Shown: positions 1-8,955 of the stretch, piece by piece
How the letters are laid out: each line of letters opens with the position of its first letter
Numbering within the stretch: the stretch's first letter is position 1
Virus record (IMG/VR): IMGVR_UViG_3300034990_000021
Coordinates: 1-60,850 of that record
Direction: 5' to 3' (one strand)
DNA from: a virus
Taxonomy: Duplodnaviria > Caudoviricetes
DNA: 60,850 bases
Translations under genes and position numbers: made by a program
The notes under the pieces: generated by a model
What the model was told of the DNA's origin: nothing
The model's input: the letters and a program-made list of their open reading frames with translations, nothing else
Databases searched by the model: none

Positions 1-126
1 CGGCCTACCCGACCCGCAACGAAGACGGGAGTCTCGTCTATAAAGATGAGGTCGTGGCCGCGTTGGACGATGGGGAAAACCCGGAAGAGGCTATGGTAGC
101 CCTGCTGAAAGTTGAAGAAAGGTACC
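1..126. repeat. Terminal direct repeat (left copy), circular-assembly overlap
   Basis: 1-126 is identical to 60724-60849. The length fits a k=127 assembly overlap, and an ORF reads through the junction. Confidence 0.95.
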
Positions 127-407
127 GGGAAGAGGTTTATCGCACAGTACTCGAAAAGTACGTGGAACTCTACAGCGACCCGAACGGCTTGGTTGGCGCA
201 GCGTATTGGGGTGACGTAGACTTGGACAAGACCGGGAGATTTACGAATGTAAATAATATGTACCCAGATATCCCGGCCAACGCTGAACCCTTTGACTGGG
301 ACGCCCACGACGCTCGTCAAAACGAAAAGAACGAGGAAGCCAAGAAGAACGAGGAAGCCGAAAAACCGAAACCCACAAAGCAGAAGAAAAAGAAGAAGAA
401 GAAGTAA
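1..407 (+). CDS. 3' part of junction-spanning gene (starts 60375), putative ssDNA-binding protein, DUF669-like
   Basis: In frame with the ORF from ATG 60375 across the overlap. Ends in an acidic stretch then a poly-Lys tail. Lies between the AAA ATPase and PolA. Confidence 0.55.
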   Translation, partial: AYPTRNEDGSLVYKDEVVAALDDGENPEEAMVALLKVEERYREEVYRTVLEKYVELYSDPNGLVGAAYWGDVDLDKTGRFTNVNNMYPDIPANAEPFDWDAHDARQNEKNEEAKKNEEAEKPKPTKQKKKKKKK

Positions 408-428
408 CCAGTTTTGTGAGGGGCCGCT

Positions 429-459
429 GGGGTTAGGTGGTTAATAGCCGCCTAACCCC
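429..459 (+). terminator. GC-rich hairpin between SSB-like gene and polA
   Basis: GGGGTTAGGTGGTT-AAT-AGCCGCCTAACCCC inverted repeat; no U-tract. Confidence 0.45.
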
Positions 460-488
460 CAAGGCCATCACTCCGTACGGGAGCAGTA

Positions 489-3071
489 GTGTTCGACCCG
501 CGTACATTAGGTTGCCTTTGTGACGAGTGCCCGTTTAAGAACAGCATCGCTGTCCCACCATACCCAACCAAACCAGTCAAGCTCATAGTCTTATTGGAGT
601 CCCCAGGGCCGACGGAGGAAATATTTGGCAAGTATCTAATCGGCCCAAGTGGAGATCTCTTTAACGATTGCCTCAACTACTGGGGTTTGGACCGCGATGA
701 TATGCACATAACCAATAGCACTATGTGCCGCCCAAAAAACAAAGCGAGCCCGAAGCAGTGGCGCGAAGCGATAAGATGTTGCAGCAAACGCTTACGAGAT
801 GAATTGAGTAAGTGCAGGACCACGTGGATATTAGGTTGTGGCGCTGTCGCTCTGCACACGATCGTTCCGAGGGGTGACAGACTGCCATCCATAAAAGCCT
901 GGTCGGGAGCGCCACTGCAAGGTTTGGGCTATTACAAAGACTTTAAGATACTGCCGACTATGCACCCAGCAGCCATACTGCGCGAAAAGGGATGGGCCTT
1001 TAAGCCCATCTTTATGATCCACACAAAGCGCGCATGGGATCTGGCCCATAATCTAATACCGGATTGGGAGTGGCCGCCGATCCATACTGCGGTCAATGAG
1101 ACAACACTACGAGCTTTGAGAGAGATCAGGAGAGCCAAAAAACTCACTGGGGCCGACGTCGAAACTAGAGGCATTAACCCGCTACGTGATCTCTGCATGT
1201 GTATCGGGGTCGCCAATGAAGACGTTGCTGTGTGCGTCCCTTGGGAGGGGTACAACGCAGGTAAGTACGGTGCAGTAAGTAGTATCAAGAGTTCCCCAAT
1301 CGGCCGCAGGATCATGGAGGAAGTGATCGGTATTTTGGAAGACGAGCAGATCCCTCTGGCTTTCCAGAATGGCCCACACGACCTACTGACATTTGATCGG
1401 TTGCGGATCAAGTGGAAAAACTATGCGTGGGACAGCCACCCGGCGCATACTGCTGTAGCAGTAGGTCGTTGGCATGACTTGGGTTGGATCATGGCTGAGG
1501 AATGCCACGGCCCACGCTGGAAGGAAGAAAAACATACGGCATCAAACGAAAAGGGAGCTGCGAAGTTTGCAAAGCGCAAACCCTCAGAGCTCAATGAGTA
1601 TTGTGCTAAAGACTCTTGGAGCCCTGTTTGGCTCAAGACGCCGCTCGAACAGCGTTTGGCTGACGAAAGTAGCGGCTGGGAAATCTACCATCTACTCATA
1701 CAAAACATGCAGGACGCAGCGATGAAAATGCAGACTTTGGGTTTTCGCATCGACAGAGATCGAATGTTGATGCATCGGCGGTTGCTACGCCAACGAAGGT
1801 CTCGAGCTAAGGGCGAGTTGAGAGTCATCGCCAGAAAATACTGGCCGGCATGGGGTAAAAAGTTTAACCCCAACAGCCAAGAACATCTACGCAAGTTGGT
1901 TTTTGACAAGTTGAAAGTACGCCCAAGAAAATGGAGTGCTGTCACTGGCAAGCCTAGCATAGACAAAGAAGTACTGCAGGATCTAGCACTGGACGACCGC
2001 CCATTAGTAGCAGCTATGGGGCGGGCCATGTTGCGCTTTCGTCAGGCCAATAAACTGGTAACTACCTACTGCGACCCCAGTAACCTACTAGACTCAAAAA
2101 CGAGTTGTATCCACAGCTCACAAAGAGTAATGCAAGCACGCACGTTCCGGTGGGCGTCCTCACCAAATCTAGCCAACATCCCGAAGCCCATAGAGCGCAA
2201 TGGCAGAGTCTTAACCGGTCTACGCGACATGTTTTTACCACCCACCGACGATGGTTGGATAGTCAGGGCCGATTATGACCAACAAGAGATCAAGATCATT
2301 GCGCTGTTGGCCGGGGCGCAACGCGTCCTGCGGTGGTTCGACGAAAAAAAGGATGTGCACAGGATGTTCGGGGCCCCGCTATTTGGGCGCAGGCCAGAGG
2401 ACCTATCAAAAAATGAGAGAGACGTCACAAAAAACTTGGAGTTCGGGTGGTGCTACGGGGCTCAGCCACCAACTCTACATAGGACTCTAGTCACCAAAGG
2501 ATTTACCGATATCACCCTGCGGCAATGCATCGAGTTTAGTGATGAGTTAGGGCGCCAACACCCGGAGATTGTACAATGGCACAAACAAGTTTTGCACACC
2601 GCTTATCAAGAGCGTTATATCGAGGCGCCCTTGAGCGGGCATCGAATCTATTTGTACGTGCGCGTGAAAGCGCAGGAATGTTTCAACCTTCCGGTGCAGC
2701 ACACCGCCGCGGATCTACTCAACCCTGCGATCAAGCCGATTGCGGACGGGCTGAATTGGAGGGACGAAGGGATACTGGCCAACATCCACGACGAGTTAGT
2801 GACCGGTGGGAGGCGACCACTCAAGCTGATCCGATTGCTGATCAAGCACATGGAGCGGAGAATCACGCTGAACGGCAAGAGCGCGCTGTTTTCGATCAGC
2901 GGGAAGATCGGAAGGAACTTCGGGATGTGTGTGGAGATAGACAGGGGCAAGCCACTCCAAACGGCGGTGCGGGAGGCTCAGAAGGCCTGGGGCAAGCAAT
3001 TTGGAGCGGAGTGGAAAGAGTGGAATTCGAAGAGAACAAAGAAAAAGGCTATTGGTACATCAAGAAAGTAA
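489..3071 (+). CDS. polA: Family A DNA polymerase with N-terminal family-4 uracil-DNA-glycosylase-like domain (SPO1-type) and 3'-5' exonuclease
   Basis: UDG-like motifs CxCDEC, LESPG..EE, ITN..CRP, HPAAILR; exonuclease ADVET/QNGPHD/YCAKD; Pol motif A DYDQQEIKI, B RxxxKNLEFGWCYG, C IHDE. Confidence 0.93.
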   Translation: MFDPRTLGCLCDECPFKNSIAVPPYPTKPVKLIVLLESPGPTEEIFGKYLIGPSGDLFNDCLNYWGLDRDDMHITNSTMCRPKNKASPKQWREAIRCCSKRLRDELSKCRTTWILGCGAVALHTIVPRGDRLPSIKAWSGAPLQGLGYYKDFKILPTMHPAAILREKGWAFKPIFMIHTKRAWDLAHNLIPDWEWPPIHTAVNETTLRALREIRRAKKLTGADVETRGINPLRDLCMCIGVANEDVAVCVPWEGYNAGKYGAVSSIKSSPIGRRIMEEVIGILEDEQIPLAFQNGPHDLLTFDRLRIKWKNYAWDSHPAHTAVAVGRWHDLGWIMAEECHGPRWKEEKHTASNEKGAAKFAKRKPSELNEYCAKDSWSPVWLKTPLEQRLADESSGWEIYHLLIQNMQDAAMKMQTLGFRIDRDRMLMHRRLLRQRRSRAKGELRVIARKYWPAWGKKFNPNSQEHLRKLVFDKLKVRPRKWSAVTGKPSIDKEVLQDLALDDRPLVAAMGRAMLRFRQANKLVTTYCDPSNLLDSKTSCIHSSQRVMQARTFRWASSPNLANIPKPIERNGRVLTGLRDMFLPPTDDGWIVRADYDQQEIKIIALLAGAQRVLRWFDEKKDVHRMFGAPLFGRRPEDLSKNERDVTKNLEFGWCYGAQPPTLHRTLVTKGFTDITLRQCIEFSDELGRQHPEIVQWHKQVLHTAYQERYIEAPLSGHRIYLYVRVKAQECFNLPVQHTAADLLNPAIKPIADGLNWRDEGILANIHDELVTGGRRPLKLIRLLIKHMERRITLNGKSALFSISGKIGRNFGMCVEIDRGKPLQTAVREAQKAWGKQFGAEWKEWNSKRTKKKAIGTSRK

Positions 3072-3081
3072 GAGGTGAGTG

Positions 3082-3243
3082 ATGGGAGATTGGGAAACAG
3101 CAAAAACAGTCAAAGTGCGTTATTTGTGGGTCTTGGGATCTTTGTCTAATACGTCAGAACAACCGCCCGGACCGGGTTGGGTTGCCGTAAGGACAGAACG
3201 GCAGTGCCGCGATACGGTACTGGTCCATTGCGAAAAAAGGTGA
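3082..3243 (+). CDS. Small hypothetical protein (53 aa)
   Basis: GAGGTG RBS then ATG; fills the gap between polA and the MTase. Confidence 0.45.
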   Translation: MGDWETAKTVKVRYLWVLGSLSNTSEQPPGPGWVAVRTERQCRDTVLVHCEKR

Positions 3244-3247
3244 GGGA

Positions 3248-3742
3248 GTGACGACGATGGGCCAACAAGACATGAGAACACCAAAATGGTTATTCGACTT
3301 ACTCAATGAGCTCTATGGCCCGTTCCAACTAGATGCGTTTGCCGACCACCACAACGCTCTATGCAAACGGTATTACACAGAGCAGGGAGATAATGGGTTG
3401 GTGGCCCCCTGGTTGGATCGGACGTTTGCCAATCCTCCGTTTTCTATCTTTGACCGAGCAATGTGCACGGCCGTAACCTCTAACCTTGCGCACGGACATA
3501 GGAGCGTACTGATCGGACCGGTGGCGTGCAGCCAGCGATGGTTTCACGATTGGGTCGTTCCGGATGGGCATATACTGGTGCCCAACAAGCGAATCAACTT
3601 TTTACGCCCGGACGGTACCCCAACGAAGAGTGCCGATCGTGATACAATGATCTTTTTGGTGGGTTACAGAGAGCCGTGGGCACCTAGTCTACTAGTGGAG
3701 CCGTTAGATGTTAGGGCGGTCATCCCGACCGATCCCCTTTAG
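3248..3742 (+). CDS. Phage DNA N6-adenine methyltransferase (Dam-like)
   Basis: TPKWLFD..FQLDAFA..NALC..YY and catalytic NPPF motif. Confidence 0.88.
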   Translation: MTTMGQQDMRTPKWLFDLLNELYGPFQLDAFADHHNALCKRYYTEQGDNGLVAPWLDRTFANPPFSIFDRAMCTAVTSNLAHGHRSVLIGPVACSQRWFHDWVVPDGHILVPNKRINFLRPDGTPTKSADRDTMIFLVGYREPWAPSLLVEPLDVRAVIPTDPL

Positions 3743-4099
3743 CTCATAGGTAATCAAAAACATCAAGCAGCAAGCGGCGTGAGCTAGATGAGACAGTCCA
3801 CTATCCTTGTCTGGGGATTCTCGCATTTGCCACTTCAGGAGGTGGCGCTGAGCGGCATTGTATACTCGGCTCCAAGACATCCCTTTAGCCCAATTCCATG
3901 GGGAGTACTCCTTAGCTCCATGTTGTAACACCTTGGCTACTTCCCAAAGCGCCCACGGGGGTATTAACCCAATTGGCGCTTTCCCATCATCGTGCTTCTC
4001 CCCCTCTTCCTTACTCTCTCCTTCAGGCTTTATCACTTTGGCTTTTTCCAGTAACATTGCTGCCCTCGCAGGGTCTGGTGGATGTTTAAAAATCCTCAT
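3704..4099 (-). CDS. dATP/dGTP diphosphohydrolase domain protein (DUF5664-like)
   Basis: KHDDGK..LIP..AL..VAKVL.HGA.EY..WNW.KG..RHL..D.DSGL.HLAHA signature. Confidence 0.85.
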   Translation of the reverse strand: MRIFKHPPDPARAAMLLEKAKVIKPEGESKEEGEKHDDGKAPIGLIPPWALWEVAKVLQHGAKEYSPWNWAKGMSWSRVYNAAQRHLLKWQMRESPDKDSGLSHLAHAACCLMFLITYELKGIGRDDRPNI

Positions 4100-4102
4100 A
4101 CG

Positions 4103-4621
4103 TCAGCCTAACAAGTCTCGCGGGATATTATCCCAGGTAAACGATGGATATTCGGAGTCTATGTTATATGGTTGCGCATACACGTATATTAGGCCTCCCC
4201 AATGTTCTTGGTGCCACTTTCGTACGTGATCGACGCTGTCGTCTACAAACGCATCCCCACTAACCAAGTACTTAGAGCTTGTTTGGATCAGGCTATTATG
4301 ATCAGCCCCGAAGAAGTGGCGTAAGAAGTTGTATCGATGATAGCCCCAGGTTTTACAAGACAGCCAGGGCGAGGTCAGGAAGAACACATCACTGTTCTCC
4401 CGCAGCCTTTTCACACCGTCTACAGCCCCCGGGATGGGCTTTACAGATCCCCAAAATTTCGACTCGCCCATTGCATGGTGCAGAACTTCTCTCTGCACTT
4501 TGGTCATGTTCGAAAATCCCCAATCCTTGAAGTCTTCCCGTTTGACGGACCCATCAAACAGATCTAGTACAACCCCCAAAAAATCGGCTAGTACGCCATC
4601 AACGTCGAGTAGGATACGCAT
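4103..4621 (-). CDS. 5'(3')-deoxyribonucleotidase (HAD/NT5C family)
   Basis: DVDGVLADF motif I, LTSP, K..GD.FVDD, PYN; AGGAGG RBS upstream. Confidence 0.9.
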   Translation of the reverse strand: MRILLDVDGVLADFLGVVLDLFDGSVKREDFKDWGFSNMTKVQREVLHHAMGESKFWGSVKPIPGAVDGVKRLRENSDVFFLTSPWLSCKTWGYHRYNFLRHFFGADHNSLIQTSSKYLVSGDAFVDDSVDHVRKWHQEHWGGLIYVYAQPYNIDSEYPSFTWDNIPRDLLG

Positions 4622-4646
4622 GGTTGCTGAGTCCTCCTATCGACTA

Positions 4647-4705
4647 ACGGTAACCGCTCTGACCAGAAACGTCAAGTTGACAGGGGTCGACGTATGTGCT
4701 ACGTT
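4647..4705. promoter_or_regulatory. Back-to-back divergent sigma70-like promoters
   Basis: Minus: TTGACG(4675-4670)-17-TACCGT. Plus: TTGACA(4677-4682)-17-TACGTT with an extended TG. The two -35 boxes form the palindrome GTCAA-G-TTGAC. Confidence 0.55.
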
Positions 4706-4726
4706 CTGAGCGTTGCTGCTTCCTCT

Positions 4727-4790
4727 GGAGCCGGGTCTCTCCATAGCGTAGATCTGAGATCCCTGTCAGTAAAGGCCCGGCTCCCCCTTT
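4727..4790. ncRNA. Structured intergenic element (candidate sRNA or terminator)
   Basis: 12-bp stem 4727-4738/4773-4784 enclosing a GATCT-G-AGATC mini-hairpin, just downstream of the plus-strand promoter. Confidence 0.35.
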
Positions 4791-4797
4791 ATCTGCG

Positions 4798-5037
4798 TTA
4801 CTTGTTGGAGGACATAAAGGGCAACTTGCTAGCTGTGATATACCCTAGCAACGCGTACATCACTGTCATCATCGTATCCGGTGGATTAGTGTCGTGCGAC
4901 CACTTCCACAGAGCGATCGCGAAGATCGCCAGGAAAGACAGACGCCCAAGGCTGACTACCTTGACGCCGTCTTTGTCCTCTAGAAAAGTTGCGCCTATCC
5001 TCCAAACTTCGAGTTTGAGTTTTTCAAGTTTTGTCAT
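4798..5037 (-). CDS. Putative holin (2 TM)
   Basis: Two hydrophobic segments; overlaps the endolysin end. Confidence 0.6.
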   Translation of the reverse strand: MTKLEKLKLEVWRIGATFLEDKDGVKVVSLGRLSFLAIFAIALWKWSHDTNPPDTMMTVMYALLGYITASKLPFMSSNK

Positions 5038-5620
5038 TACGATCCTCCATGATGTGTCTAAATCTCACCAAGCCGACCATGATAGCTGCAGCCATTGCAG
5101 ACTGGATTGATGGCCTCTGCAAGGCCGCTAGGTTGCTCGCGTTGGTTGCATAACCCATTTCAATTAGCAGCCCTGGACACTTATAGTGTTCCAAAGCATT
5201 GAACACCTGCGGATACTGTTCATCGGCTATGTGGCACGTTGAGTGTTTTGGATTTACGAGCTCTCTAGGCCAAGCGTCCATAATCAGATCGCCTATACCT
5301 ATTATGGACAAATCTTCATCAGGTCGGGTAAACGCCATTCCGCCATGCCACGTAGGCTTGGGTCCAGCATTGACATGTAGTGAGATAGCAAGGTCGCAAC
5401 CCTTAGTGAGATCTCCCCTACGCCTCAGACTCAGCACCTCGTCAATCCGAGATCTTGTTATGGCTAGATCAAACGGCTCGTACGAATTTCTGATCCACCT
5501 TGCCACAAGATGGGCCATAGATATGGTGTAGTCAGATTCGACAAAGTCCGAAGTTACAACTCCCCTGTCCCCTGAGTAAGATGGGTGACCAGCATCTATG
5601 CCAATAGTATATCGTCTCAT
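5024..5620 (-). CDS. Endolysin, N-acetylmuramoyl-L-alanine amidase (Amidase_3)
   Basis: IDAGH..E, ISLHVNA, LIEMGY.TN zinc-amidase motifs. Confidence 0.9.
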   Translation of the reverse strand: MRRYTIGIDAGHPSYSGDRGVVTSDFVESDYTISMAHLVARWIRNSYEPFDLAITRSRIDEVLSLRRRGDLTKGCDLAISLHVNAGPKPTWHGGMAFTRPDEDLSIIGIGDLIMDAWPRELVNPKHSTCHIADEQYPQVFNALEHYKCPGLLIEMGYATNASNLAALQRPSIQSAMAAAIMVGLVRFRHIMEDRNDKT

Positions 5621-5910
5621 TGCGTGATCTCCATCCAGCCGAGTACAGCGCCTACGCCAATACCGACAGCGGCCACGAAAGCGCTAACGGCCTTCCACTT
5701 TTTGCCGCCGACACCCAAAAATGTCCCTGTCACCTCGCCTGGTCTGCACACCACGTCACGCAACACCTCGACCTCCCCAGACAAGCGGTGTACATCATTG
5801 TCCACCTTTGCTAGCTTGGTCTCTACTCCCTCAACACGCTTGTCAGTACGCTGTACTGTTTCGTAGATCGCGTCAAAAAGTCCGTAATCACCACCTTGAT
5901 TAGGCATCAC
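5617..5910 (-). CDS. Coiled-coil protein with C-terminal TM helix (lysis accessory or holin-like)
   Basis: Heptad-rich N-part, hydrophobic C-terminus, adjacent to the endolysin. Confidence 0.5.
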   Translation of the reverse strand: MMPNQGGDYGLFDAIYETVQRTDKRVEGVETKLAKVDNDVHRLSGEVEVLRDVVCRPGEVTGTFLGVGGKKWKAVSAFVAAVGIGVGAVLGWMEITQ

Positions 5911-5915
5911 TCCAC

Positions 5916-7136
5916 CTAGTCTGCTGTAGCAGCAGTGTAATCCAAAACGTGCACGCTCAACTTGACAACCAGATCAAAACAATTACCCCCATTGGCTGTT
6001 ACCACGACGTCCCCGGCCCCAGATGCAGTCGGGATGAACTCCATTGCATCGGTTGTCCAATCATCCGCGTCAAACGTAGTGCCTGCCGATACGGCTATAT
6101 CATCGCCATAACGATCCACATCAGTACCATCGCCGATGTCTATGCTCGAGCAGTTAGTGCCAGTGGTTGTTACTCTCCCAGTAACTCCCAGCAGGTGTTT
6201 TCCAACCGCGCGTAGGCCTGTAGCGGTTTTCGAAGCATCGCCGGGGTCGGCCGCAAAAGTAACTGTAGTCCCATCATCCACGTCGATATCAGTCGCTGCG
6301 AATGTGGAGTTGACGGCCGATGCGCCATCCTCGAAAAACACATCATCGTCATACTCTGTTTGCCCGCACACGTGAGTTGTACCAACGCCAGAGACGATCG
6401 ATGGGACTGTGTACGATTGGCATAGGCCTAACGGCCCGTTGGCATCAAAAAATGGGTGGCTAGTAACCCAGCACCCTGCAGTGTTGCATGATAGTGCTGC
6501 GTAGGTACCGGTAATCAGGGAGATCCGATCGTCGCCCCCTTTAGCAATACCTGTATCTGGGTCTCCAGCAAACGTGATCCCCGGAGCCAAGAAAGTGCCA
6601 TCTTGGGCTATAAATTGCCCGTCTGTCCCGCTTGTAATGTCACGTGCTGTGAGGTCTCTCAAAGTCCCTAAGGTGCCGTTGTTGATCTCGAGCACCCCAG
6701 CTGAGGCACGCCCGAATCCAATATCATAGGTCGGGCTATCAACAGCATTGAGGCTCACACCGTCGGCAAATTTAAAAACTCCCCCGGACTGCAGTCTAAA
6801 ACCCTCGTGTTCCATAACGGCCTGTTTAGTTGCGGCGTCCAGCGAAAACGCTTCGAGTTGGTTGGCCAGAAAACGCCCGAGCTCAACGCTAGGTGTGACC
6901 TGTTTGAAGATCGTCAGACTCCCTTGCACTGACGTAAAATCCAGCCAGGTGCCGTTACCGGGATTGTCAACACTGGTAACAGCCCTAATGGCATTGTTGC
7001 CGCCCAACCAAAAAGTACCATTTACCGTCAGGTCGCCGGAGATCGTGGTGTCACCTACTCCAGCCTGGTCGATGTAAAATGCGTCTGCGTAAAACGCCGT
7101 CTGTCCCACCGCAAGTAGTGCCAACACACTCAACAT
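5916..7136 (-). CDS. Fibre-like beta-rich protein with signal-peptide-like N-terminus
   Basis: Fibre-like segments (PGITFAGDPDTGI, RASAGVLEINNG); hydrophobic start MLSVLALLAVGQTA; paired Cys. Confidence 0.5.
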   Translation of the reverse strand: MLSVLALLAVGQTAFYADAFYIDQAGVGDTTISGDLTVNGTFWLGGNNAIRAVTSVDNPGNGTWLDFTSVQGSLTIFKQVTPSVELGRFLANQLEAFSLDAATKQAVMEHEGFRLQSGGVFKFADGVSLNAVDSPTYDIGFGRASAGVLEINNGTLGTLRDLTARDITSGTDGQFIAQDGTFLAPGITFAGDPDTGIAKGGDDRISLITGTYAALSCNTAGCWVTSHPFFDANGPLGLCQSYTVPSIVSGVGTTHVCGQTEYDDDVFFEDGASAVNSTFAATDIDVDDGTTVTFAADPGDASKTATGLRAVGKHLLGVTGRVTTTGTNCSSIDIGDGTDVDRYGDDIAVSAGTTFDADDWTTDAMEFIPTASGAGDVVVTANGGNCFDLVVKLSVHVLDYTAATAD

Positions 7137-7146
7137 TGTAACCTCC

Positions 7147-7629
7147 TCAATCAGCCAAGTGAGCCCTTACCGTAACCAAATCGCTTGCGGTCGGAGTGCC
7201 GTCATGGGTGATTGTACAAGTCCATGTCCGGTACCCGCGAATACCTAATCGGACAGCCCACTTTTTGTCGGCAGTTACAGCCTTGGATACTACACCAATA
7301 TCGGCAGCAGTGCACACCCCATCAATTACCGAAGCGCATCCTTGGGGCGCTTTGTCCGCGGTGGCGACCGACTGTCCAGTCAAACAGGTTACAACGACAT
7401 TGCCATTGCTATCGTGTGTGTACTCTAGCTCTAGGATCATATAGGTGTACGAGCTAACACGAGCACCGCACTGCATTGGCCCAACATTGAACGATACGGT
7501 ACCGTTAAGAGCACCGTCCCGTACTACGATACCATCACGACCGACTCTGCAATAACGTGCATCGGCTTGACCGTATGCTGTAGATGTTACACAGAGCAGT
7601 ATTAGAGCAAGCAGAATACGCATAATCAA
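7147..7629 (-). CDS. Cys-rich protein with predicted Sec signal peptide
   Basis: MIMRILLALILLCVTSTAYG|Q; six Cys in the mature part. Confidence 0.55.
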   Translation of the reverse strand: MIMRILLALILLCVTSTAYGQADARYCRVGRDGIVVRDGALNGTVSFNVGPMQCGARVSSYTYMILELEYTHDSNGNVVVTCLTGQSVATADKAPQGCASVIDGVCTAADIGVVSKAVTADKKWAVRLGIRGYRTWTCTITHDGTPTASDLVTVRAHLAD

Positions 7630-7632
7630 CCC

Positions 7633-8955
7633 CTATGTCGCAGAGATTTTTGTCCATGTACCAGGTGTACCAGCAACCGTACAGATATAAGGTACTCCTG
7701 CAGTAGTAACATAAATATTGCCTATTGCATTAGGGCCGGTAGGAGCCGCATCTTGGGGTTCGATGTGTAATGCTGATTTAGTTGGGCTGCTAGTATCACC
7801 TTGGATGTAAGCCCCATGGTCGGCAGGGCTAATAAACCGCCCACCATAACCGGAGGTAGATCCCCCATAACCAGTTACACCATGCCCGCTAGATCCTCCA
7901 ACTCCCGATACGCCACTCCCGCTCCCAACCCCCTCACCACTCACCCCAAGACCATGCCCGCTACCACCAGTGCCTTCTATTCCGATGCCGCTCGAAGAAC
8001 CGCCAGTGCCCTTTACCCCAACCCCAGTACCTGTGCCCTCACCAACAACACCGTCACCATTGGTCGCCCCCCCAACCCCGTATACGCCATCACCGTTAGA
8101 GGTTCCGCCGGTACCCTTTACTCCAACTCCAGTACCTGCACCCTCACCAACGAGACCATTACCATTAGTGGTCCCCCCAATCCCATAGACACCATCAGCG
8201 TTAGAGTTACCACCGGTACCCTTTACTCCGACCCCTGTGCCTGTGCCCTCACCAACAACACCATTACCATTAGTAACTCCTCCGACCCCATAGACACCAT
8301 CACCGTCAGCACCCCCGCCAGTGCCTTTCAACCCTACCCCAGTACCTGCACCCTCGCCGACGACGCCCATACCATTAGTGGTCCCCCCAATCCCATATAC
8401 ACCATCGCCGTTAGAGGTTCCGCCAGTGCCCTTCAAACCTACCCCAGTACTGGTACCTTCGCCAACAACGCCAATACCGTTAGTTGATCCGCCAGTGCCT
8501 TTTACTCCCTCCCCAGTACCAGTACCCGCACCAACGACACCTTCGCCGTTAGTAGATCCTCCAACTCCGTATACTCCCGCGCCATCAGTTGACCCGCCAG
8601 TACCCTTTACTCCCTCCCCAGTACCAGTACCCTCTGCTGTAACTCCTATACCATTCGTGGCCCCACCAACTCCGTGTACGCCAGTACCATCTGTTGACCC
8701 GCCGGTACCCTTTAAACCAGGCCCGGCCCCAGTACCTACCATGTTTCGCAATATGTCGCGGACCTGGGTTCTAGTGCCTTTACTTAGCGTCCCACCATTG
8801 CCCTCGATGAGGTTACACAGCTCCTCCTGCACGCCGTCCAGCCAGTCAGCGGTAACTTCAGTCGCCGGCGTTACGCCTGGTACTCCCTCTGTAAATCCGT
8901 CCTTACCAGCCCCGAACTTGTCTTGCTCTCGATTTGGTGAGTCGATCCGATGCAT
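7633..8955 (-). CDS. Tail fibre: Mu/SfV-type baseplate-attachment N-terminus plus Gly-rich repeat shaft
   Basis: N-terminus MHRID..DKFGAGKDGFT.G..PAT..QEELCNLIE; about 35-aa GTGVGxKGTGGxxNGDGVYGxGGxTNGxGVVGEG repeats. Confidence 0.85.
   Translation of the reverse strand: MHRIDSPNREQDKFGAGKDGFTEGVPGVTPATEVTADWLDGVQEELCNLIEGNGGTLSKGTRTQVRDILRNMVGTGAGPGLKGTGGSTDGTGVHGVGGATNGIGVTAEGTGTGEGVKGTGGSTDGAGVYGVGGSTNGEGVVGAGTGTGEGVKGTGGSTNGIGVVGEGTSTGVGLKGTGGTSNGDGVYGIGGTTNGMGVVGEGAGTGVGLKGTGGGADGDGVYGVGGVTNGNGVVGEGTGTGVGVKGTGGNSNADGVYGIGGTTNGNGLVGEGAGTGVGVKGTGGTSNGDGVYGVGGATNGDGVVGEGTGTGVGVKGTGGSSSGIGIEGTGGSGHGLGVSGEGVGSGSGVSGVGGSSGHGVTGYGGSTSGYGGRFISPADHGAYIQGDTSSPTKSALHIEPQDAAPTGPNAIGNIYVTTAGVPYICTVAGTPGTWTKISAT

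Noticed and set aside
3704-4621. 2-aminoadenine (Z) or deazaguanine genome modification
   Set aside because: DUF5664 and PolA are present, but I see no PurZ or Que/DpdA genes.
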